Source: Eledone cirrhosa
Lineage: Eukaryota
Assembly: GCA_964016885.1 (NCBI GenBank)
Contig: OZ024742.1
Location: 139,004,001-139,068,000, forward strand
Direction: 5' to 3'
Length of the DNA stretch: 64,000 nt
Part shown: positions 29,927-43,000 of the stretch, piece by piece
How positions within the stretch are numbered: position 1 is the first letter of the stretch
Layout: every line of letters begins with the position of its first letter
Made by a program: the position numbers and the translations under genes
The notes under the pieces: generated by a model
What the model was told of the DNA's origin: nothing
What the model saw: the letters and a program-made list of their open reading frames with translations, nothing else
Databases searched by the model: none

Positions 29927-32014
29927 TATATTTACATTTCATATTTCTAAAACCATGTTTAAAATTTACTATAATATTGTCAAACATTCTGATCTAAGTT
30001 TTTAAATCTTCAGAAACCCTTTTGGCAAGTACATTATCCCAAAAGATTTTAATAAATGCTGTGAGTTTGTCGGCTTGCTTCGAAAATGATTATAGGGAAA
30101 ATCCAGCGTGTCTTCTCCCATCTCTTCTTTTTATTTATGTATATATAAAGTATATTTTCAATAATGTATATCACAAAAATGTTTATTTCGTACTAGAGTA
30201 TATAAGCATACAGAAAAAGTGAGCATCATTGGAAAGGACTATAAATGCCATTAATGATAGGAAAAAGGAGGGAAGAGCAAGGACTACTAGACAAAGCAAG
30301 AAACAAAAGGTAATGTGCAGTTTCCATCAACCAATTTCCACACTCAAGGCCTTGGTCAACTCATGGCTATAACAAAAGATACCAGAACCAACTCATTGTG
30401 TAATGAACTCTTTAACATTCCTGTATCTAGGTAGTTACTGTATTTGAAAATATTTAATAACCCTGAAATATTATCCCTTATGTAAATTTTAAAAGGCAAC
30501 TCTAAATCAATCTATATATAATTGAAAGAATGGTTTATAATTTACATACAAGGATAGCAATTTGTGGGGATAAGAAAGTCGATTGCATTGATACTAGTAC
30601 TTGACTGGTACGTTATTTTATTGACCCAGTAAGTGTGAAATAGAAAGCTTACTTTAGCAGGATTTGAACTCAGAATGTGATGATTAACAAACCATTTATA
30701 CTTCTTTTTCTATAGAGAGGTTCTTGGGGTTCAAATTTAACAGGTCGATACTTGTATGGAAAACTAGGAAGCATCTATTTGGTAAGTTGCCATGCTGTAA
30801 ATAGTAGCCAAATTCTCCTCATATCACAACCAACAGTCTTAAAAAATGGAGATTTGGCTGCTGTTCTCAATAGATTGAACCACTGCATTGAAGATTCTTA
30901 GTTGATGTGTACATATCCCTACAATATATGTATCTATGTACTTTTTATTACTGATTACTTTACATTATGGTTTGGGTGTATCGTATCGTACCTCCAGCAC
31001 TCTCTGACAGATCTATAATATTTCTTTTACCCTGTATATGAATATACACACACCCATATAGGTATATGTACATGTATACATACAAAGCTGTGAGCCCTTA
31101 GAACTTACATCTTTCCAGTAGCTGCATATGCATTTCACATTTGTCAATCAGTCAAAGTTTGTTCTAAGCCAAATGCTTTTCAGGCTGGTGTTTATCCCTG
31201 GTTTCCTTGGCGTTAAGCAACTGAGAGTACAAGACTCTCGCTGGACAGGATGTCAGTCTATTGCAGGATTAACTCCCCAGCTACTGCTGGTACTCATCTC
31301 AGCTGAGTGTACTGACGCCCGTCCAGAAATCAAACTGACAACATTGCAATCCTATATCAAGCATCCTAACCATTAGTCCATGTCCCTTTACTAAACATGG
31401 GCAATATAAATAGAAGACAAACAGAAAAAAGTTATTGCTTTCAAGAATATGGGTTATTGGGGTATAATGAGAGTCCCCTGGGGAATATGTTGTATTAAAG
31501 TGTATTGAGAGTTTCATAGGGAATATCTATTATCAGGGTATATTGAGAGTTTACTGGATGAGACAACATAGAAATGATAATGACATAAGAGAGAAGTTCT
31601 AATTGATTGGCTACTACAGTATGTAAAGAAACAGAAGTTGGAATATTTTGGTCATGGAATAAAAAGAAGACCCTGATACATATATTTCTGGGAAAATAGG
31701 AAAGTGTAGTTAGAGAGGTTTTTGAATTGAAAGACCACTGTTCTGATACTACTATGGACATGTGGTCAGAATATCTAAGGAAGGCATACTTGAGGACTCT
31801 GCTCCCACAAACTCCCATGAATAAGTGGGTGAAGAAGAAGAAGTATAACTTACACATAAATAATACTTTTAAAAAGCTAGGAATATGAACAAATATTAAC
31901 AAAATTGACTACTCACACTAATGTCTAAAAGTATGTACATCTAAAATAAAGTATATAAATATATGTAAATGTATAAAGGAATACACACATGTGCACAAAT
32001 ACACACTCATTCAC

Positions 32015-32206
32015 AAAGCTTTTGTGGGCTTTCTCCATGAGCAACCCTTGGTGGTCTCCCTCCTATTGGGGAATTTTTTTTTTGTTTTAATTTCAAGTGT
32101 TATTATTATTTTCTTACATGCAGAAACCCTCATTGTACCATCCTGTGCTGTCCTTAATGTATTTGTTTGTAAACCTTTTGTGTTTAATAAAGAAATCATT
32201 ATTATT
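32015..32206 (+). mobile_element. Tx1-family 3'UTR-only fragment with AATAAA and (ATT)n tail
   Basis: CCTATTGGGGAATTTTT...TGTACC.TCCTGT...AATAAAGAAATCATTATTATT matches the 3' ends of copies D and F. Confidence 0.75.
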
Positions 32207-32485
32207 TTCTTGGAGTCTCAATCATTGATGTTATTTAACTGCAAAGTTTGTTCAAATGAACATCAAGCCACTGCCTGCAGCCTCAGATATTCAGGATATA
32301 TTGGAGGGTTCTTGCTGTTCCAAGCAAGTATGCTTTTTGAAGTGTTAAAAAAAAAATGGGCTGGAATAATGTTCTTTAATCATTCTTCAAAACTCTTTGA
32401 GAGAGTAGCTAGTGTTCCTATGACAATTGGGATGACCTTGATCTCACGACAGTGCCAAACCTTTTTAATTCCCACTTTAAATCCA
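32207..32485 (-). mobile_element. R4/Dong-like non-LTR retrotransposon 3' fragment
   Basis: Minus translation IKVIPIVIGTLA...LQKAYLLGTART (RLE C-terminus); (TTA)n on both sides. Confidence 0.55.
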
Positions 32486-32498
32486 TATTATTATTATT

Positions 32499-33050
32499 GG
32501 TCGTTGAAGCATATGGACATACTATCGTGAGCTCGAGAAAGTTTGTTATTTCTACGGTTTTAAATATGTTTGTTATTAACATTTTTGTTTCAAAAGAAGC
32601 GTAATACTTTAGTCTTTGCCTTCAAGAAAGGACTCCCTATAATATTTACGCCTTTTGGCCCAAATGTTTAAACTTTGTGTGTTTTTAAATTTTTATCAAG
32701 AAAAAAAAACGTGGCTGAGTCCCCCCCCCCCCCCCCCAACTTTAAGTCTACTGTTGTGTGACAGCAGCTTAAACATTGAGAGGAGGGATATAGCAAAAAT
32801 GTATACTACATACACAGCAGTGATAGCAACAAAAGACACAACAGAAACAATGACAACAAAAAGTACACCGAAAATAACACCATCAACAAGAACATGAACA
32901 GCGACAGCAACACCAACTGCACCGAGAATAACAGCGGTACCAAAGATATAACTAATTGCAACAGCAACAAGAACAACAACAACTACAACACCACCAACAA
33001 CAACTACAACACCACCAACAACAACAAGAGCGACAACAACACTATGGTAA
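32499..33050 (+). mobile_element. Tx1 copy A: 5'UTR and low-complexity ORF1 start only
   Basis: Starts GG after (ATT)n and shares TATCGTGAGCTC..AAGTTTGTTATTT with the copy C 5' end; Asn/Thr-rich tract. Confidence 0.6.
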
Positions 33051-33139
33051 AGGACGTGCGTCTACACGTGAGAACACAGATACCTAAATATGGAATGTTA
33101 CGCGATGCCCCCCCCCCCCACACACACACACACACACAG

Positions 33140-33490
33140 AGCCCCGGCGGACAGGATGGAGAAGGCAAGGGGGACGAACTGGAAAAGCCACTACAACTCG
33201 CGGGGTTCACACATGTGGCTGGCCAGCTCAGCGCCTATTGTGGTGAGAAGGGAGGTAGCCCGAGGGCCGAGGACGCCAGAAGTCTCCAGTGCCAGAGGTA
33301 CAACTGCAAACCTGTCGGAGAGCGACCGGTATTTGAGGAGCTTGGCCTCCTCAGTCCAACATGCAGCAGAACCTGGGTTAGTCGCAGACTGCACCAGGTT
33401 GCGGCTGCAGAAAGTGTCGGTGCAAGAAGCATCCCAGATGAGGGGTTTGCCACCGCGGAACAGGAAGATGGTCATGCCATCTGGCCTTTT
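33140..33490 (-). mobile_element. CRE-like retrotransposon restriction-like endonuclease fragment
   Basis: KRPDGMTIF..GGKPLIWDASCTDTF...EEAKLLKY...VPLALETSGVLG (PD-D/ExK RLE motif). Confidence 0.8.
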
Positions 33491-33840
33491 GACCAATTTT
33501 TCAACGCTAGGCACGAAGGCTGCGTTTTCAGAGCTAGGGTGCGTGCTCTCATACACGAGGGGACAAAAGCCAATCAATGGGCTCGGGTGGCGGAGGCACG
33601 TCGTGGCAACAAACCCACGATCCGGTCTTTGGTGGACCACGACGGGCGCATGATACTCGATCCTGGGCAGATGTGTGTGGCTTTTCAGCAGCACTTTGCT
33701 CAGCTCTTCGGGGACAGTGGTGAGCCGCATCGTGGAATGGACTTCAGTGCCTACCTCGACGGACTGCCGCGGCTCTTGGCCACTGAGCCGGAGTGTTGCG
33801 AAAGGCCGATAACAGCTGCTGAAGTACGGGAGGCAATGAC
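33485..33840 (+). mobile_element. Tx1 ORF2 internal fragment
   Basis: DQFFNARHEGCVFRARVRA...AYLDGLPRL...EVREAMT, homologous to copies C, D and E. Confidence 0.85.
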
Positions 33841-35805
33841 TTATTATAAGAAAAGAAAAAAAAGGACATAGAAACATATATATATATATAAACAATAAAA
33901 ATGAAAATTGAAACAATGAAAAATTCCCCAATAGGGGGGAAACCTCCGAGGGTTACTCTTGGCGAAAACCACACGAAAGACCACGGCCACCCTGACCACC
34001 AGGGCAAGCACCCTCTCTCAATTTTTTCATCTCTCAAACTACAGACGTATATTCAGAGTGGTCCCATTCACTCGGACCATTCTCGCTACATTCACCCACC
34101 TTTCAACAAACTTGCTAGAAAGCAGCACTTGCTTCTCCACCCTGATTTTCCTCTTCAAGTGAAACTTGAAAAAGTTAATTAGGGATTCGCCGAAAAGGAA
34201 AGTGTCTGTCTTTAACCCTTTTAACCTTGTCCACCACACAATCTCTTTCGCCATGGCCACCAGGCAGATGAAAACCACCTGCCCTTCCTCCTCGAAGGAA
34301 GACGGCGAGACCATCTGCACAATGAACTCAGTCGACAACCGGATCAGTCCCACACGCGACAGCTACTGTTCGACATAGCTCCACAAGTCAGCAATGCTCG
34401 GGCACTGAACGAGTGCGTGCACAACGGTTTCATCGCTCTGCGCGCATCTCAGACAGGCTCGGCTGACGGCACTTCCATGCCTGTAGAGCTTATCTCGAAC
34501 CAGCAGCGCTCCCCGGTAGCACTGCCAGGCCAGGGATTTTTGGAAGTTATCCATAGGCCCCGGGCTGAAAGTTCTCCGGAAGAGAGCAATCAGCTGATCT
34601 TCTTCGACGCCCAGGATCTCTCCGAGAATGTCGTCGCTCTTCCCCTCCACTAGTCCTCTATAGAACGCCGAGGTGGATGTTCCACCGATACTGGTGCCCA
34701 GCTGGGAGAGGGAAGTGAGCGCCTGGAGACATTCCAGTTTCCAAGCCCTATACTTCGGTCTTTTTCTGACCCAGGACTGCAGCTCCGTCAAGGAGATGAG
34801 CTGTGGGAAAACGTGCCTGGCGAACGGCGACCACACCCGTTCACCATCAAGGAAGCACCTGAGATGTCGCAGCCTCAGCGCATCGTCAGCCATGGCATGC
34901 CCAGTCCTCCACGCAACGGGTGTTGACAGCAGATGGATCGTCTGACCATAGGAGCGCGTCCCTTCCACAAAAAGCGGAAGAGGAGGCGCTCCATTTTTGT
35001 GAGAGTTGGGCTGGAGCAAGGGACGACGGTGAGGCGGTAGCAGATGACGGATGCGATGTACGCATTCGCCACCTCCGCCCGGCCTTTCAGGGACAGCTTC
35101 CTCTCAGCCCATTTCTGGGTGAGGAAGGCCACCCTGCTCGTCACCTCGTTCCAGTTTTTCTCCATCTGGAGGTCCGGTCCGAACCAGACCCCGAGCAATT
35201 TAACCGGTCCGTCCAACGCCCCACAACGCTGTCGGACGGCATGGACTTGCCTCTCCAGGTGCCGAGCTGCAAGCCCACCGACTTTTCCTGGTTTATCTTT
35301 GCTCCTGTCACCGCTTCGTATTCCTTGAGAGCGGTGCCGAGCATCTGGACGTGTCTGGTGCTCGACACCACCACGGTGACGTCGTCAGCGTAAGCCGACT
35401 CGGATTTCCCGCATCCTAGTTCGCGTAGGACGCCCCTCATCGCCCCCAGTTTGTGCAGTAACGGCTCGAGAGCCAATACGTACAAGTGGGACGAGAGGGG
35501 ACAACCCTGGCGGACTGAGCGCATGATGCTGAACGGCTGCGACAGGTGACCGTTCACCCTCACAACTGAGCAGATGTCGCTGTACATTGCTGCGATCCAA
35601 CCCCTGAAAACGGGCCCGAAACCGGCTGCCTCGAGGACCGCCGCCAGGAACCGATGGTCCACCCTATCGAATGCTTTGGATTGATCCAAGTTGATCAGGG
35701 CGCACACAACCCACATCGTACCGTCCTGTGCCGTCTGTAATGTTTTTCTTGGTGTCAGCCCTTGTGGCCAATAAAAATATTATTATTATTATTATTATTA
35801 TTATT
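33841..35805 (-). mobile_element. Tx1 copy B: RT to 3'UTR inverted (33841-35700, minus) plus terminal ~100 bp and (ATT)n tail on plus
   Basis: ALINLDQSKAFDRVDH, VRQGCPLS, AYADD, CLRC..DETVVHALVQC on minus; near-identical to copy D 43120-44990. Confidence 0.92.
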
Positions 35806-38800
35806 GGCGACCTACGTAGTAAATCGTATTATCGTGAGCTCCGCAAAGGTTTGTTATTTTCAGTTGTTTAAAATTGCCATTTATGGAAAATGTTTATTGT
35901 TAACTGTATATAAGTGCACATACATTGTTTTCTGAAAAGGACACTCAAAAAGATTGGGGCCTTGAGCCCAAAATTTTAACTTTTATAATTATCAAACAAC
36001 AATTTTTCTTTGAAAAATCATGGACGACTCAGAGTCACACCTTCCTCACAAACTAACAACTCACACCGACACCACCATTGTAAATATTACTACGTTTACC
36101 AACACTAAAAATATAAGCAGTAGCAATATTTTTAATTTGTCTCAGGCAGACATTCATTTCCCGCTATTACCAATGACTGCAGGTGTTAAAGCCGCCACTC
36201 CCACCACCACCACAGCGACAACAGAAACAAAATAAAAGATAAATTAACTCGTGATATCGAAATGAATTCAACCAGAATGAACTCTTCCACACCGAACACC
36301 ACTGACGCCACCACCACCACAACTGAAACTAAAATTAACAATAACAAAAATAACGATAACTACAACAACAACAATGAAATTAAGAAAACCACTATGAGTT
36401 TTGCCAGAGTAGCAAAAAAAGTGCGAAGCATTCCAGGTAACTCAGGAGGAATTAGAAGAAGCCAAAAAAATGGTAAAGAAAGATGAGTACAGGGTCAACC
36501 TCACCTCCACCTAATAAAATGGAGCATCGGCGCCTATGCACCGTGTCTTATCGGACGATTAACATAAAATCGCGCCGAGTGGAACGGGCATCCGAGTCCC
36601 AAATCCAAAAAGCTTTGGGACATGTGTGGGCAAAAAAAACCCACATCAGACGTGGGCAGAAATATGGAACCGTGGACGTGTTCTTTGAAACACCACAGGA
36701 GGCCAGAGAACACTCCATGGCCCCATTAAGAAGTGACGACTTCACACTCGTCCCAAGCTATTGTGGCCAGAGACTAGTGAAGATCAGGATGACACACGTT
36801 CCACCGGCCATCGAAATTCCCTGGCTAATAGCTGCCGGCATCGAAGCCAACACCAAGATAATCGAAATAGCGAAAGAAAAGCAGGAGAACTGGTCCGGAT
36901 CTGGGATGGAGCTCCTGATCCAAGCGGACCAAAAAAGCATTGAGGAGATTCCAGAGGTAATAGACCTCACTGACGGCAGCCACCTCACCGTAATCGTCGA
37001 GGGCAGAAGGCCTAGGTGTGTCGTTTGTGGTAAAGGAACCCACCTAAGGGCTTTCTGCCCTCAGGCTAAAAGGTTGAGGCCACCTCTCTTACCCACCCCA
37101 GTGACTCAACCATCAACATCACCAACAGCAGAAATGGCACCAACAACTGTAGCAGAAGCAACTGTAACAGCAACAACCCCAGCAACAGTAGCAAAACCAA
37201 CACCACCACCACCCAACGCGCCAGAACTAGCACCAGCGCCTACACCATCCACAACGCCACTCCCCTACCTATCGCAACTGGAGACGGATTGTGACGACGA
37301 GGAGTGGCAAACGGTATCAGAAAAAAAGTAAAAGAAACCAAAAAAGAAAAAAATCCTCTTCCTTCCCCCTCCAAAAACAAAATACAGAGGGAAACAAATA
37401 AACTATCAAACAAAAAAGTTAGGACAGCTATGCCACCATCCACACCAGCATCACCAACCCCATCACCACAAACACCAACACCATCACCATCATTAACCCC
37501 AACACCACAAAAGTCACCAAAAAGCGAAACAGAAACAAACCCACAACAAACGCAAACAAAACAAAACAACCAAAACGATACACACTACACAGCATTAAAT
37601 TTGAAAAACAACCAATTATTACACTACATCCAACACAACACCAGCATCATAGAAAAAGACTACACAACAACCCAAAAGTTCACACAACCTCCACACATAC
37701 AAATCACTCGCATCACACAGAAAACGTACACGACACTAAAACAAAAATTCCCCAAAGACATAGGAGACTTCCGCAAAGCACTCTCCAGGAGGATTTATAA
37801 GGACATCCTTCCTGAGGAGGCCACAAGCAGTGAAAAGGATGGAGAAACCGTCCTTCCTCTACGAGAAGTAAGGTAAGAGGTCTTTCCCATCTTTTCCACT
37901 CCATTTCAACATGACCTCACTCAGAATAGGCAGCATAAATGCACGTGGCTTGGGGTCGTCATGGAAGCAGGGCCACCTGCTCAACGACCTCAGGTCACTA
38001 AACATAGATGTAGTAGCCATCAGCGAGACCAGAATCTCCGAAGCACGGGCCTTCGCACCGATCTTCGGCGGCTACGATGTGAACGCATCTCGCGGCTGGA
38101 TCGGGGGGAGGAGTTGCTGTGTTTTTCGGAGAGGTTTGGATCTCGCCATACAGGCCATCTTCCTGGACCCAGAAGGTAAGTTGGTGGTGCTGGACGTGAC
38201 CAGCGGAGACGGGCAAGCTTTCAGGCTAGTAGCCGTCTATGCCCCGACAGATGCAGGGCGGCCTGATTTCTTCCGGCGTCTGGAGACCTTTCTTGGAACG
38301 TCCCGCTCTTTAGTGTTAGTGGGCGACTGGAACGGGATCTTAGATGCACGCTAGGACTGTGTGGGATTAGCGGATAGGGGAAGAGGGTGCAAGAGCCTCA
38401 CCAACCTGCTCAGGCGTTTTGAACTGTCTGACAGGTACCGATTGGATTTCCCGAATGTGCCAATGTGGACTTGGACAAATCGTATAGGGTCATCCAGATC
38501 ATATCTAGATAGAGTATTTTCTAGGGAAACAGATAGGTCTAGCATAGGTTGTCCACAATTCAAGATAGTCAGCTACACGGACCACAAATTCGTGATCTGT
38601 ATGCTTGACTTAGATAGGCTTCATAGACGAGGACCCGGCTACTGGAAGCTAAACACGTCTTTACCAGCGCGCAAGGCTTACAGAGACCGGATTAGCGAAC
38701 TAGTTAAGCGGGCGTTGACGGGGGCCATCGTCAACAACAAGTGGTGGTTTGCTCTGAAAAGAGCGATTAGAATATAGTCCATTAGGTTTAGTAAGGCTTT

Positions 38801-40014
38801 AGCAATAGAGAAAAATAGAGCAGAGAGAGAACTAGTTAGAAAATTAGACGAGGCGCTTAGCAAAGGAATTGCGACCGACGTACTTGCGGCGAAATTGGCC
38901 CTTGACCAATTCTTCAATGCAAAGCACGAAGGCTGCGTTTTCAAAGTTAGGGTGCGTGCTCTTAGACACGAGGGGACGAAAGCCGTTCAATGAGCCCGAG
39001 TGGCGGAGGCACGTCCTGGCAACAAAGCCACGATCCGGTCTTTGATGGACCACGACGGGCGCATGCTACTCGATCCTGGGCAAATGTGTGAAGCTTTCCT
39101 GCGACACTTCGCACAGCTGTACGGGGGCAGCGGCGGGCCGGATCGAGGGATGGGCTTTAGTGTCTACCTCGACGGACTGCTGTGGATCTGGGCCACTGAG
39201 GCGGAGTGTTGCGAAAAGCCGATAACAGCCACTGAAGTACGGGAGGCAATGACTGGCTGCACAAGGAGTAAATCGCCTGGTTTGGATGGTCTGCCCTATG
39301 AACTTTACGTACAGATGCCAGACTTGTTCGGAGGCCTCTTGGCGGACGTCTACTGCAACTGGCAACAGAACGGGAGAATTCCCAGCTCTGTGAGCCGAGG
39401 AGCTGTGGCGCTGCTGAGAAAGGATCTGAACAAGGGGGATAACATAGATAATTTCAGGCCCATAACTCTGCTAAACACAGAGTTCAAGATTTTGGCCAAG
39501 GTGCTAGCAAAGAGATTGGCGCTTGTCGTTGGTGGTCTGGTGGGAGAGGCGCAGACGTGCGCCCTTCCCGACTATCCATCCACGACAACCTCCACCTCAT
39601 GCGATACATCGTAGAGAGGGTAGCTAGGGAACCTGGTACGGGTGGCTCCTTGATCAATTTAGATCAGTCGAAAGCTTTCGATAGGGTCGACCATCGTTAC
39701 CTAGCAGCAGTCCTGATGGCGGATGGCTTTGGGCCCGTCTTCAGAGGCTGGATCGCTGCCATGCACAGCGACATTTGCTCTGTGGTGAGAGTGAACGGTC
39801 ACCTTTCGGAACCGTTCAACATCATGCGCTCGGTCCGCCAAGGATGTCCCCTCTCGTCCCTCTTGTACGTATTGACTCTCGAGCCATTACTGCACAAACT
39901 GGAGACGTTGAGGGGGGTTCCGCGCGAACTAGGATGCGGAAGATCCGTGTCAGCATATGCGGACGATGTCACCGTAGTGGTGTCGAACGCCAAACACATC
40001 GAGGCGATCGGCAC
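35806..40014 (+). mobile_element. Tx1/L1-clade LINE copy C: 5'UTR, ORF1 (~36020-37876), ORF2 (37911-40014, ends just after YADD); degenerate
   Basis: ORF1 knuckle CVVCGKGTHLRAFC; APE motifs SINARG, SET, GDWN, LDR, TDH; RT KSPGLDGLP, FRPITLLN, QGCPLS, YADD; stops and frameshifts. Confidence 0.95.
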
Positions 40015-43000
40015 TAATAATAAAGAAAGCAACCTGTAATAGCGATCTCAGCACCACCAGTAAGACCAGTAGCGGCAGCAATAGTGGTACTGCTGAAAAA
40101 GGGACCACTTTTTTTGCAGGTGTCGCCCGAAATATCGAGACAGTCTTAGTCACAGAGTAGGGCCATGGTGACAAGAAGCGCAAATAGAGTTTCCCTGAAA
40201 CCTCCACCCGATTTTTTCAAGGACCAGCAGCTACGGACGGTGACTTACCACACCGTAAGCAAAATCTCACATCGAGTGGAGAGAGCCACGGAGGCTCAAA
40301 TCCAAAAGGCCTTGGGGTGCGTCTAGGCACACAAAAGCCACATCATCCGAGGCAGAAAGTAAGCCACAGTAGATGTACTTTTCGCCACCCCACAGGAAGA
40401 AAAGTCTCACTCTTTGGAAACCCTAAAGAGTGAGGAGATATTCTTGGTGCCCTCCTACTGCGGGCAAAAAATTGTGAGGGTCAAAGTGACCCAGGTCCCA
40501 CCCGACGTGCCCATACCTTGGCTGGCCGCGTCTGTCCTTGCTGGAATCGAGAACAGGGCGACCATGCTGCAAGTAGAAAAAATAGCGAGTGAGAACTGGT
40601 CAGGTATAGGCATGCAAATGCTTATACAAATTGACCAGGAATGTATCGACGCTATCCCCGATATCATAGACATCGAGGAAGGACTCCAACTCCTTATAAG
40701 TGTAGAAGGAAGACGGCCAAAATGTTATCTCTGTGGGTCGAAGGGTCACCTCAGGGCCTATTGCCCGCAGAAGACAGCGAAGAAGGCCCCTCTCCTTCCA
40801 ATACCTGGTCCGCTGCTACCAAGAGCAAGGCAGGAAACAAACGAAGAATCCCCTTCCACGGTGAGTAGGAGGGCAACGTCCGTAGCACCCGTACCAAGGC
40901 CACGGACAACTAAAGCAGCATCATCAGTAGCGGCAACACCAATAGCTACATTTGAAGTAGCTACACCAGTAACAAAATTGCCGAAGAGGGCTCCACTACC
41001 ACCACCAACAGCCGTGGAGCACATACCCCTCCCAGACGCCACAGAATCCGACATGGAGTTTGAGGCGGGAGTGAAGTGGCAAACGGTCTGCCATAAACAT
41101 GGCAAAAAAAGAACTCATACAATATATAAAGCAGCACACAGACATCACAGAAAAAAACTACTACACCCCACCAACACGAAGAACTCTCCCGACAAACATA
41201 AGCATCATCGAAATCTCAATAGAACAGTACAAACCTTTAAAACAAAAATTCCCCAACGCAGTTGGAGACTTCGGAGGGTCGGTTACCAAGAGGATATACA
41301 CTGACATCCTTGACCAGCGAAAGGGACGGTTTTACTGTCCCTTCACCACACGAACAAGGTAAGTGACCCTTTCTCACTTGGCCTGTTTCTCATCCAACAT
41401 GGCTGTACTCAGAATAGGCAGTATAAATGCACGTGGCCTGGGGTCATCTTGGAAGCAGGGTTACCTGCTCAATAATCTCAGGTCGCTAAACATAGATGTG
41501 GTGGCCATCAGTGAAACCAGAATCTCCGAAGCACAAGCCTTCGCACCGATCTTCGGCGGCTACGATGTATACGCATCTCCCAGCCGTCCAGGATCGGGTG
41601 GGAGGGGTTGCCGTCCTTTTTCGGAGAGGATTGGATCTCGCGATACGGGCCATTTTCCTAGACCTAGAAGGTAAGTCGGTGGTGCTGGACGTGACCGGCA
41701 GCGAAGGCAATGCTTTCAGGCTAGTAGCCGTCTACGCCCCAACAGGGGCAGGAGGGCCAGATTTCTTCAGACGTCTAGAGACCTTTCTTGGAACGTCCCG
41801 CTCTTTAGTGTTAGTGGGCGACTGGAACGGTATCTTAGATGCACGCTGGGATCGTGTGGGGCTAGTGAATAGGGGAGGAGGGTGCAAGAGCCTCACCAAC
41901 CTGCTCAGACGTTTTGAACTGTCTGACAGGTATCGACTGGATCACCCGAATGTGCAAATGTGGACATCGACAAACCGCATCGGGTCATCCTCGATAGGGT
42001 ATTCTGCAGAGAATAGATAAGGCTAGTATAAGTTGTCCACAATTTAAAATAGTCGACTACACAGACCACAAATTTGTGATCTGTGAGATCGACATAGACA
42101 GACTTCATAGACAAGGGCCTGGTTACTGGAAGCTGAACGCGTCTTTCCCGGCACGCAAAGCCTACAGAGACCGGATTAGCGTATTAGTTAAGCGGGCGTT
42201 GACGGGAGCGGTCGTCAACAACAGGTGGTGGTTCGCCCTGAAAAGGGCAATTAAAGTAAAGTCGATTAGGTTTAGCAAAGGAGTAGTGATAGAGGAAAAT
42301 GGAGTAGAGGGAGAGCTAGTCAGAAAGCTAGAAGAGGCGTTTAGGACAGGCATCGCAACCGACGTGCTTGCGGCGAGATTGGCACTCGACCAATTCTTCA
42401 ACGCAAAACACGAAGGCTGCGTTGTCAGAGCTAGAGCGCGTGCTCTGAAACACGAGGGGACAAAAGCCGTCCAATGGGCCCGGGTGGCAGAGGCGCGACG
42501 TGGCAACAAAGCCACAATTCGGTCTTTGTCTGACCAAAATGGCTGCGTGATGCTCGAACCCGAGCGGATGTGTGAAGCTTTTCAGCAGCACTTTGCTGAA
42601 CTGTTCGGGAGCGGCGGCGGCCCGGATCGGGGCATGGACTTCAGTGCATACCTCGACGGACTGCCTCGGCTCTCGACGACAGCAGCACAGTGTTGCGAAA
42701 AGCCAATAACAGCCGGTGAAATACGGCAAGCGATGACTAACTGCACAAGGGGTAAATCGCCAGGTTTAGATGGTCTGCCCTACGAGCATTATGCATTTAT
42801 GCCAGACTTGTTCGGTGACCTCTTGGCAGACGTCTACTGCAACTGGCAGCAGAACGGGTGCATTCCCAGTTTTGTGAGCCGGGGAGCAGTGGCGCTGCTG
42901 AGAAAAGACCCGAACAAGGGGGGTGTTATCGATAATTTCAGGCCCATAACCCTGCTAAACAAGATTTTGGCCAAGGTGTTAGCAATGAGGTTGGCGCTTG

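Larger units (their letters stand above)
27040..30781 (+). ncRNA. Candidate divergent spliced non-coding or 5'UTR transcript; exons ..27100, 30014-30060, 30197-30309, 30716-30781
   Basis: Donors GTAAGT 27101, GTGAGT 30061, GTAATG 30310, GTAAGT 30782; acceptors cttcag, tactag, cttctttttctatag; no long ORF found; start coordinate approximate. Confidence 0.4.

Noticed and set aside
13050-30680. tRNA genes suggested by GAGTTCAAATCC boxes
   Set aside because: These are SINE heads; no cloverleaf
32894-33931. 325-aa and 246-aa ORFs as novel proteins
   Set aside because: Chance read-through across Tx1, microsatellite and CRE fragments
41359-41412. Claim that splicing fuses ORF1 and ORF2 in frame in all four copies
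   Set aside because: In D the in-frame result depends on a 14-nt deletion relative to E; the ancestral D phase appears to be 1
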